Source of the DNA: Bacteroidota bacterium
GTDB taxonomy: Bacteria > Bacteroidota > Bacteroidia > Bacteroidales > DTGW01
DNA length: 64,000 nt
Direction of reading: 5' to 3'
Assembly: GCA_029550865.1 (NCBI GenBank)
Contig: JAKPGM010000038.1
Coordinates: forward strand, 6,628-70,627
Of this stretch, positions 23,123-31,347 are shown one piece after another. The stretch's first letter is position 1, and every line of letters begins with the position of its first letter. A program made the position numbers and the translations under genes. A model generated the notes under the pieces. It was given only the letters and a program-made list of their open reading frames with translations, searched no databases and was not told the origin of the DNA.

Positions 23123-23147
23123 TATAAGTGTTTATTAAACACTTATA
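23123..23147. promoter_or_regulatory. Perfect 12-1-12 palindrome, candidate operator
   Basis: TATAAGTGTTTA-T-TAAACACTTATA in the ruvA/susC divergent spacer. Confidence 0.5.
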
Positions 23148-23378
23148 AAAATGTAGTTAAGGGTTAGTGTTAAAATGTACATAAGTCAAATGATTGATAA
23201 TCAAATTTTTAAAAATTATACGTTCTGCCAATAAAGTTATCATACTATAGTACCATTCAATTATTGATGATTTCATGGAATTCCATTCTATAAGCGTGTG
23301 AAAATAACATTTAGTAGGTACTGCAACGAAAATGTTAGTATAACACGTTCATTTTTAAGTATTTAAATTAAAAAATCT

Positions 23379-23410
23379 TTTGCAATTGAGGACTCCTGTA
23401 TATATTTTTG
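23379..23410 (+). promoter_or_regulatory. Bacteroidota primary-sigma promoter for susC
   Basis: TTTG (23379-82), 20-nt spacer, TATTTTTG (23403-10). Confidence 0.7.
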
Positions 23411-23466
23411 GTATCAAATTTTACAAACTAACATGCAACACACACAAACTAAAAAAACAGGAATCT

Positions 23467-26400
23467 ATGATGAGAAAAGCTACTTTACTACTGGTTTCCC
23501 TGTTGAGCTTTTCGGTGCTATTTGCGCAGGAAAAGACCATAACGGGGAAGGTCAATGATGAAACGGGTGCTGGTTTACCCGGCGCCACGGTGCAGCTCAA
23601 GGGTACGCAAACGGGTACTATGACTGATGTGAATGGTAATTTTACCCTAAAAGTGCCAAGTGGTGGCGGTACTTTAGTGGTATCGTATGTTGGGTATACT
23701 GCGCAGGAAATTGAGATTGGTGAAAACACAAATTTTGTAGTTGATCTGAAACCTGCGGTAACCCAATTGGAAGAGGCTGTGGTAATAGGTTATGGTATTC
23801 AGAAGAAAAGCCTGGTAACTGCAGCCATCACTAAAATTGATTCTAAGGACATTACCTCAGTACCTGTTGCACGTCTCGATCAGGCTATGCAGGGGAAAGC
23901 TGCAGGGGTATATATTGCACAGAGTTCAGGAGCTCCAGGAGGAAGCATGTCGGTAAAAATCCGTGGTAACGCTTCCGATGGTAGCAATGAGCCTATTTAT
24001 ATCGTCAATGGGGTGAAGGTCAGAAATATCGACTTTCTTTCGCCAGGTGATATTGAGTCGATAGAAGTTCTCAAGGATGCTGCTTCAGCTGCTATTTATG
24101 GTACCGAAGGGGGAAATGGCGTTGTGATTATTACCACCAAAAAGGCAGTTAAGGGTATCTCTCAGATTAATTACAATCATTACCATGGCTGGCAATCAGC
24201 AGCGCATGTGCTTAAGTCGATGAGTGCCGAACAGTACCTTACATACATGAAAGAGGCTTACAAAAACGAACTGGACAATGGCGTAATTACACAGAACGCT
24301 TACAACAATGCTATTGCAAAATATGACGCGATGGGTGCAGCTGGGACATCTACCAACTGGTTGGATGAAATTTTTGGAACTGCCCCTATGGATGAGCACA
24401 ATATTTCCTTCAACACGGGGACAGATAAATCAAATTATCTTTTAAGTGCTTCCTATCTAACGCAGGATGGTATTGTTGGTGGTGATAAAGCTAATTTTAC
24501 GCGTTATACCTTTACGTTGAATAATTCCAATCAAATTAAGGAGTGGTTAAATATTGAAACAAACATCACCTATTCTCGTTCTAAAAGAAATAATTTAAAC
24601 GAAAACTCAGATTTTGGCAATGGGATCATCAACTCTGCTTTATACTTCGATCCTACTATTCCTATTTACTATAAGGATGAAAACGAGTTGCCGGTGGGCT
24701 GGCGCCCCAATGATCCAGGTACCATTTATCCAGCACTGGTGAAAACAAAAGATGGAAAAATATTCCATAATTCAACCGAAACCATGGGCGATGTGGCTAA
24801 CCCGCTGGCTATTATTCACATGACACATAACACCACGCGTCGTGAAAATTTACTGGGAAATATAAAAACGGAAATTTCACTTCCTTTGAAGTTGAAATTT
24901 ACCAACCTGATAGGGCTCGATTACGGGCTGGTAAACGATGATGTATTTACCCCTATATACTTTTTCGATGCTACGAATTCACAGACCAACGACAGTCTTG
25001 CAAGTGTTTATAGTGCCTTCACAAAGTATTATAAATACAATTTTGATAACTACTTGACCTTTAACTTTAGTCTTTTCGATGCACTCAATGTTGATGGTCT
25101 GGTGGGGACTTCGTATGAAAATAGCTCGCCTTACTATCTTACTGCAACAGGGTATAAATTCCCTTATGGAAGTCCCGATTTTGCGTATTTGTATAACCAA
25201 CAGTCGGGGAGTACTCCGGTTATCTCAGGTGGATATGGGTCACCAGGTCATCCCGATTCAACCTTGCTGCTGGCTTCCTATTTTGGTCGATTATCGGCTA
25301 ATTATAAGGAAATTATTATGGGACAGTTCAACTTCCGTCGTGATGGTTCCTCTCTTTTCGGTCCCAATCATAAATTCGCCAATTTCCCATCCTTCTCCGT
25401 GGGTTTGAACTTTTACAAATTTTTGCAGGATAACATGCCTTTCCTGAGCAACGGGAAGTTACGCTACAGTTGGGGGAAAAATGGTAATCAACAAAACCTT
25501 GGCATGTGGGCTTATACGTCAACCATTCGTCAATTTTCTGCCTATACCGATGTAGCAGGCACCTCGTATCTTGGTGCTATTCCCACTCGACCTGCTAATC
25601 CTGATTTAGTATGGGAAACCAGCGTCCAGCATGATATCGGATTGGATTTAGGATTCTTGTCCAATCGTATTACATTTACGGTCGATTATTTTAACAAGAC
25701 AACGGTTGACCAGCTGAATGTTAAGGCTAAAGATCCTTATTATCACGGATTTCAGAGTTCGCCTATTGAAAATAACGGTAAAGTACTTAACCGAGGCTGG
25801 GAATTTGACTTAACCTATCGGGAAGCAGAGAAAGAATTCAAATATTCTATTTCGGCCAATGCCTCTTATTTATTCAATGAGGTGAAAGAATATGGTTCGG
25901 AATATAAAGATGGCTATCGTATGAATGTTGGCGACTTTGTAACCCGTTATCAGCCTGGTTATCCGGTATGGTACTTTATAGGTCTAAAGGCAGAAGGAAT
26001 TTTCCAGTCGGTTGACGAAATAAATAGTTATACCGGTCGCGACTCACAGGGTAACCAAATTCTGGACAAAAATGGCGATCCCGTAAAAATACAACCCAAA
26101 GCGATTCCGGGTGACGTAAAATATGCCGATTTGAATAAGAATGGGAAAATTGATGACGGCGATAGAACCATGATAGGTAAGCCACTGCCCGACTGGATGT
26201 TTGGCTTGAATCTCTCGTGCAACTATAAATGGTTCGACTTAAGCGTATTTTTCCAGGGCGTAACGGGCAATCAAATCTTTTTCTCGGCCATTCAAGTTAG
26301 CCGTCCGCAGTACAATAAGCCCGAATTTTACTTTACTGAACGTTGGACAGGGCCAGGTACTTCAAATAAGTTTCCTCGCGCCACCTATAAGGACAACAAT

Positions 26401-26688
26401 AATAACTTCAGGGCCAGTACGCTTAATATTCATGATGGGGATTATCTGCGTTTGAAAAATATAACCTTTGGCATCAGCCTACCAGAGTCGCTGGTAAAAA
26501 GGGTTGGTATTCAGAAGCTGCGTTTTTATGTAACAGCAACCAACCTGATAACCTGGACCAAATATAAAGGTAATGATCCAGAAGTTGGCCGACTGTTTGA
26601 TACCCAGAGCAACAACTCCTACGGCGTGGATAGAGGTTTGTATCCGCAACCACGGCTTATTACAACTGGTCTTAATCTTACTTTCTAA
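23467..26688 (+). CDS. SusC/RagA TonB-dependent transporter
   Basis: Signal peptide MMRKATLLL...FA-Q, carboxypeptidase-regulatory-like N-domain, plug motif IESIEVLKDAASAAIYG, WETS, and C-terminal YPQPR...GLNLTF. Confidence 0.96.
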   Translation: MMRKATLLLVSLLSFSVLFAQEKTITGKVNDETGAGLPGATVQLKGTQTGTMTDVNGNFTLKVPSGGGTLVVSYVGYTAQEIEIGENTNFVVDLKPAVTQLEEAVVIGYGIQKKSLVTAAITKIDSKDITSVPVARLDQAMQGKAAGVYIAQSSGAPGGSMSVKIRGNASDGSNEPIYIVNGVKVRNIDFLSPGDIESIEVLKDAASAAIYGTEGGNGVVIITTKKAVKGISQINYNHYHGWQSAAHVLKSMSAEQYLTYMKEAYKNELDNGVITQNAYNNAIAKYDAMGAAGTSTNWLDEIFGTAPMDEHNISFNTGTDKSNYLLSASYLTQDGIVGGDKANFTRYTFTLNNSNQIKEWLNIETNITYSRSKRNNLNENSDFGNGIINSALYFDPTIPIYYKDENELPVGWRPNDPGTIYPALVKTKDGKIFHNSTETMGDVANPLAIIHMTHNTTRRENLLGNIKTEISLPLKLKFTNLIGLDYGLVNDDVFTPIYFFDATNSQTNDSLASVYSAFTKYYKYNFDNYLTFNFSLFDALNVDGLVGTSYENSSPYYLTATGYKFPYGSPDFAYLYNQQSGSTPVISGGYGSPGHPDSTLLLASYFGRLSANYKEIIMGQFNFRRDGSSLFGPNHKFANFPSFSVGLNFYKFLQDNMPFLSNGKLRYSWGKNGNQQNLGMWAYTSTIRQFSAYTDVAGTSYLGAIPTRPANPDLVWETSVQHDIGLDLGFLSNRITFTVDYFNKTTVDQLNVKAKDPYYHGFQSSPIENNGKVLNRGWEFDLTYREAEKEFKYSISANASYLFNEVKEYGSEYKDGYRMNVGDFVTRYQPGYPVWYFIGLKAEGIFQSVDEINSYTGRDSQGNQILDKNGDPVKIQPKAIPGDVKYADLNKNGKIDDGDRTMIGKPLPDWMFGLNLSCNYKWFDLSVFFQGVTGNQIFFSAIQVSRPQYNKPEFYFTERWTGPGTSNKFPRATYKDNNNNFRASTLNIHDGDYLRLKNITFGISLPESLVKRVGIQKLRFYVTATNLITWTKYKGNDPEVGRLFDTQSNNSYGVDRGLYPQPRLITTGLNLTF

Positions 26689-26715
26689 TTTCAAAATTTT
26701 ATGATTATGGAAAAA

Positions 26716-28257
26716 ATGAAAAAAATAATACATCTGGCAGGCATAATATTATTGCTGCTACCTGCCTGTACGGAAAAAGATATTGAGGTAACTCCTACTA
26801 CCGAAATAGCAGATGCTTATTATCTTCAACCAGCAAATGTTTCAACTATTCTTGCTACTACGTATAACTTTTTGTGGGTACGTACGGGCCCCTGGGGTAA
26901 TTCCCATCGAGCCTGGGGTAATTTTCCTTCGGATGATGCCTATACGGGAGGATCTGATGATGGTGATCAACAGACCTATCAAGATGCTGATAAATATCAA
27001 GTAACGCCTTTGGATCCAGCAGCAAATCTAACCACTCAATGGCGTACTAATTTTCAGGGAATCTATGCCTGCAATTTGTTAATTGACAATGTTCCTGCAA
27101 CTTTGGATCAGAATTTGATGGCCATTGCCGAGGCAAAATTTTTAAAAGCTTTTTACTATTTCGAGTTAGCTCGAATGTTTGGCGGGTTACCCATCCTCAC
27201 AAAGACAGTTGCCCCTACCGAGATTATTCCACGTGCCACCTATGAAGAGACTTTGGAATACATTGCGCAACTTTTGCGTGAAGCCATTGCTACCAAGCGG
27301 CTTGATGGGGTTACCCCAGCCCTATTTCAGCGAACCAGCCCTTCGGGTCCTGATAATGGAAAGGTTACGCTGGCTGCTGCGCAGGCTCTTTTAGGAAAAG
27401 TTTACCTGTATCAGAAAAAATATTCCGAGTCTATCGACATTCTGTTGAAGGTTGACCAGAATCCTAATTATGCACTTGAAACCAATTATGCAGATATTTT
27501 TAATGCTACCAATAAATTTGGTAAGGAAAGCATATTTGAAGTAAGCTATGCAAAACCAAATGGGACAGATGGAAGAGCCATGGGGAATGGAGAATTACAA
27601 CTGTTTGGACCACGTCCAGCTACGCTTAGCCAGTTCGATGCCGATTTACTGGCAGGTTGGGGGTTTGATCAGCCCACCCAGAGCCTCGTAGATGCTTACA
27701 AGAGTCAGAACGACTATGTACGTTTAAACAAAACGGTTATTTCATCGGATAGCCTGCAGAAAATTTATACGGCTTATTCGGGAGATGCTACCCCCATTGT
27801 ATGGCAAAACTCTAAAGATGGTTACTGGGATGGGAAACATTTGCCTCGTAATAGTAACAGAGGTGCTGCCTGGGGTAATGATTACACCAACACCATCATT
27901 CTTCGTCTGGCTGATGTATATCTAATGCTGGCGGAGGCATATAACCGCACAGGTAATGATGCTAAAGCTCAGGAATACCTTAATAGAGTTCGTGCTCGTG
28001 TGGGATTGCCTCCAGTTACCGCAAGTGGCGATGCTCTTTACGAAGCAATTAAACTTGAACGTCGCCTTGAGCTAGCTCTTGAGGGTGAACGATATTTCGA
28101 CCTGCTTCGTTGGGGCGATGCAGAAAAATATCTGGGACCGCTGGGTTGGACTGACGGTACTCCTGGTAAAAAAACCAACGGTTGGTTCCCCATACCCCAG
28201 TCCGAAATCAATCGTACCGATGGTCCCAATAGGCTGGTACAAAATCCTGGATATTAG
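26716..28257 (+). CDS. SusD/RagB lipoprotein
   Basis: Lipobox LLPA-C, EAKFLKAFYYF, LRLADVYLMLAEA and ERRLELALEGERYFDLLRWG. Confidence 0.95.
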   Translation: MKKIIHLAGIILLLLPACTEKDIEVTPTTEIADAYYLQPANVSTILATTYNFLWVRTGPWGNSHRAWGNFPSDDAYTGGSDDGDQQTYQDADKYQVTPLDPAANLTTQWRTNFQGIYACNLLIDNVPATLDQNLMAIAEAKFLKAFYYFELARMFGGLPILTKTVAPTEIIPRATYEETLEYIAQLLREAIATKRLDGVTPALFQRTSPSGPDNGKVTLAAAQALLGKVYLYQKKYSESIDILLKVDQNPNYALETNYADIFNATNKFGKESIFEVSYAKPNGTDGRAMGNGELQLFGPRPATLSQFDADLLAGWGFDQPTQSLVDAYKSQNDYVRLNKTVISSDSLQKIYTAYSGDATPIVWQNSKDGYWDGKHLPRNSNRGAAWGNDYTNTIILRLADVYLMLAEAYNRTGNDAKAQEYLNRVRARVGLPPVTASGDALYEAIKLERRLELALEGERYFDLLRWGDAEKYLGPLGWTDGTPGKKTNGWFPIPQSEINRTDGPNRLVQNPGY

Positions 28258-28268
28258 TATGTTATTCT

Positions 28269-28296
28269 ACTTTGCCGGGCAATTCCCCGGCAAAGT
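28269..28296 (+). other. 11-bp GC-rich hairpin after susD without a U-tract (3' stabiliser or weak terminator)
   Basis: ACTTTGCCGGG-caattc-CCCGGCAAAGT. Confidence 0.6.
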
Positions 28297-28396
28297 TCAA
28301 AAAAATGTTAATTCATTGTTTGGTTTTTTGAAAAATATTATATCTTTGTGATACCATAATCAATACCTTTTAGTATTAACTTAAAACTTACAACTT

Positions 28397-29281
28397 ATGA
28401 AAAAGGCAATGTTTACTCTTGTGGCAGCTGCTGCTATTATGTTATGCGGCACTAATTATGTTAAGGCTCTTAATGAAATTACAATTGAGCCTGTGACAGG
28501 CATCACTATTGATGGTGATCTTTCCGATTGGCCTGAAGCCATACCTTGGGTAACAGCGGATTCTTTAAAGGGTACGAATACTACCAACAAGATGAAATTT
28601 AAAATGGGTTATGATGACAAGTTTATTTATGTTGGTGTGAATGTTGAAGATTCTCAGATGGATACCACTCAAAGTCCTAATGCATGGGAAAAAGACTGTA
28701 TTGAATTGTTTTTTGTTTTTAATGACACCATAGCTGATGACAAAAAAGTGAGCTACAGTAATGGTCAATTGGGTGCTTGGCAATTGCGTAAAGTTTGGGG
28801 TCGGGACATGACAGATTTTCCAGGTAAAGGATTTGAAGCTGCTGAAATGGATATTCCTGGAGGTTTCGCTCAAGAATGGAAACTTCCAATTGATACTCTT
28901 GCATCTACAGGACATTTTACAACGAAAACAAAATTCCGTTTTGAAATTCAAAACGGCGATAATGACGGAGAAGGACGTAACGGTCAACTTTTTTGGAATT
29001 CTGCTGCTGATGATCAATGGAATACAATTTTACATCAAGGTGTAGTTAAATTTAAATGGCCTTTGGCTGTAAAACAGGCTATCGCCAAAGCTTCCTCGAT
29101 CCGTATCAAAGCTAATAGCATTGAATTTGCTAAAACAGCTAAGGAAGTTAACGTTTACAGCATCACCGGCCAGCTTATGCTTAAGGCTCGTAACGTAAAC
29201 GCTATCAGCACAAGCGCTCTGAAGAGTGGTGTATACTTTGTTGTTGCTGACGGCGAAAAAGCTAAATTCGTGATTAAATAA
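28397..29281 (+). CDS. Secreted CBM9-like (DOMON-fold) sugar-binding protein with T9SS type A CTD
   Basis: Signal peptide; ITIDGDLSDW, YDDKFIYVGVNVED and DCIELF; CTD VYSITGQL...LKSGVYFV...KFVIK. Own TATCTTTG box at 28341-28348. Confidence 0.85.
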   Translation: MKKAMFTLVAAAAIMLCGTNYVKALNEITIEPVTGITIDGDLSDWPEAIPWVTADSLKGTNTTNKMKFKMGYDDKFIYVGVNVEDSQMDTTQSPNAWEKDCIELFFVFNDTIADDKKVSYSNGQLGAWQLRKVWGRDMTDFPGKGFEAAEMDIPGGFAQEWKLPIDTLASTGHFTTKTKFRFEIQNGDNDGEGRNGQLFWNSAADDQWNTILHQGVVKFKWPLAVKQAIAKASSIRIKANSIEFAKTAKEVNVYSITGQLMLKARNVNAISTSALKSGVYFVVADGEKAKFVIK

Positions 29282-29303
29282 GCTGTCTGTCTCTTCAATA
29301 TCT

Positions 29304-29337
29304 AAAGGGCATCCAATAAAGGATGCCCTTTGTTTTT
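29304..29337 (+). terminator. Intrinsic terminator
   Basis: AAAGGGCATCC-aataaa-GGATGCCCTTT-GTTTTT. Confidence 0.9.
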
Positions 29338-29484
29338 ATATACAATAGCTAAACAGAAATAGTCATATTACTTTTAAAACGGGATAGTGCTGGTACCGTA
29401 GACTTTATTGTTAAAAAAATAAAAAACAAATTTCATTTTGGCAGGTATTTTGTAACATTGCCCCGTTTAATGAATTTTAAACAA

Positions 29485-30516
29485 ATGAAAGGTACACCTT
29501 TACTTAGCCTTTTGATTTTAATAGAAATTTTCGGGGTAAATCATTTAAATGCTCAGGATTTTTCGAATGTTGATACTTCGATTACTCCTTCTGTCGTATA
29601 AACATTACCTGAATACGATAATTTGTACTGGGTTAATGATACAGTGGCCTATCATTATCGACCCACCCGAAAATTTGGATTTATCCACAATGCCGTTGAT
29701 AATTTTTTGCATCAGCCCAAAGAATTGGTTCGTCGGGAGAACTTGAAAATTTTAACACTGGTGGCAGTAACCAGTGCAATATGTTTTTATTACGATCAGG
29801 AGATAGTGGATGCAGCGCAACAGTTTGGTCGATACATTGGATTATCAGGAGAAAACAATACCTATAATATTACGGGCACTAAGAAATTGCGTATCAATGT
29901 GCCTACTGACTTAAGCTCGGGACTGTATTACATTGGGGATGGTATTACCGAGTTGGCGGTTAATGCGGGATTTTATATTTATGGTATAGCTAAGGACGAT
30001 AAGCGGGCACTTCAGACTGCAGCCCAGCTGGCAGAAGGCATGATAGCTGTGGGCTCGTGGGTACAGATCCTTAAGCATCTTACTGGGCACGAATCGCCCG
30101 AATATGCTTCGGTTCCTGGAGGACGTTGGCGTTTTTTCCCAAGCCCCATCGATTATCATAAAACCGTCCCTAAGTACGATGCGTTTCCATCGGGTCACCT
30201 GGCTACGGCGATGATGACTACCACAGTAATTTCTATGAACTATCCCGAATACCGATGGATTAAGCCCTTATGTTTTACCCTGATGGGTTTGTGTGGGTAT
30301 CAAATGCTCAATAATGGGGTACACTGGATGGGCGATTATCCCTTTGCGCTGGCTTTAGGTTATTCGGTGGGCAAGTATGCATTTGAACGTGGACGTGTGG
30401 TTGTTTATAAGAATCAACTATCTTCTTCCACTATACAACCTTCCTTTGAGTACCGTGTGCATCCCGTATACATGGGTTTTGGGACATCAGGCCTGGCTCT
30501 CACAGTATCCTTTTAG
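29485..30516 (+). pseudogene. PAP2-family phosphatase interrupted by an in-frame TAA (29599-29601)
   Basis: The ATG at 29485 gives the signal peptide MKGTPLLSLLILIEIFGVNHLNA-QDF..., then VV*TLPEYDNLYWV in frame with ORF 29623-30516. PAP2 motifs FPSGH and HWMGD are present. Confidence 0.75.
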
Positions 30517-30702
30517 CAGGTAGGGTAAAAAATAAGTGTTTTTACACAACTTACTTTGTGTACTTTAACCACACAAAATAGGGGATTTTCTTCTTATTTT
30601 CCGTGAAAATGCCAAAGTTTTGTGCACATGGTTGACCCTAAATTTGTAATGTAAATTAATACAGTCACCATGCGCACATTCATACAATTTACGTCGCGGA
30701 AT

Positions 30703-31191
30703 ATGGCAAAAAGCTCAAATTATTATCTTGCTTTTGAGCTTAAAGGTAATTTGTTTGCAGCCAACTTCCCACGTATTTATGGTTTCACCCGTGAATATAC
30801 ATATCTGTCGTTAACTAATTTCTCTGAAAATGTTCCTGGAATAGCACTGGTACATACTGAATATATACCTGTTCTTGATTTATGGAAGAAAATTGGATAT
30901 AGCGAAAAAACATATACAGGCACTGAAAAACTTATGATTCTTGAAGCCGAGGTTTATGATACCAAATTACGTTTTGCTATTCCATACGATCAGCTTGGGG
31001 ATGCATTTGAGCTTTCTGCAAAAAAAATGATGCCTGCTCCTTCTGTTGGCTCAATTTTTGAAAAAGGATATATCAAAGGCATGTATATGCACCAAGAGGA
31101 CGTAATTTATATTATTAATTTCGAAAAACTCATAGATATTGATGATTTAATTGACATTAAAATAGCTCCTAACCGTCTGGTTGCAAGGTAG
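30703..31191 (+). CDS. Divergent CheW-like protein
   Basis: YLAFEL...FA...GI...IPVLDL...FAI...IKG...IINFEKLI pattern. Alternative start at 30670; TAAATTTG box at 30639-30646. Confidence 0.75.
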   Translation: MAKSSNYYLAFELKGNLFAANFPRIYGFTREYTYLSLTNFSENVPGIALVHTEYIPVLDLWKKIGYSEKTYTGTEKLMILEAEVYDTKLRFAIPYDQLGDAFELSAKKMMPAPSVGSIFEKGYIKGMYMHQEDVIYIINFEKLIDIDDLIDIKIAPNRLVAR

Positions 31192-31272
31192 TGTAAGTTT
31201 TTTCATAGGTTAGTTTTAAGTTAATAATTAGGTTAGTTGTGTAGCCTTACCCCACAGGGGTAAGGTTTTTTT
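31192..31272 (+). ncRNA. Candidate 3'-UTR-derived antisense sRNA
   Basis: 31198-31226 is complementary to 28374-28405 (start region of the CBM9 gene); the segment ends in a terminator. Confidence 0.45.
31243..31272 (+). terminator. Intrinsic terminator of the cheW-like gene
   Basis: AGCCTTACCCC-aca-GGGGTAAGGTT-TTTTT; the U-tract is on the + strand only. Confidence 0.9.
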
Positions 31273-31347
31273 ATTCGTGGTATCCCAAAAAGGCAAGTTT
31301 TTTTATATATTTACAGAACATTAAACTATGCAAAAAGCTACTGAGGT

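Noticed and set aside
29439-29453. Sigma-54-like TGGCAGGTATTTTGT upstream of the PAP2 pseudogene
   Set aside because: It deviates at the -12 GC and at the CG position, and no enhancer-binding protein is nearby, so it cannot be supported.
12963-30516. Stop-codon reassignment (TAG/TAA to Gln)
   Set aside because: TAG and TAA correctly end many conserved genes here (ruvA, susD, radA, pgk, rpmA); only two internal stops were seen.
31147-31206. Antisense small ORF MKKLTLPCNQTVRSYFNVN
   Set aside because: No minus-strand TAnnTTTG box was found upstream and it overlaps the cheW-like CDS; it is better explained as the complement of the candidate antisense tract.
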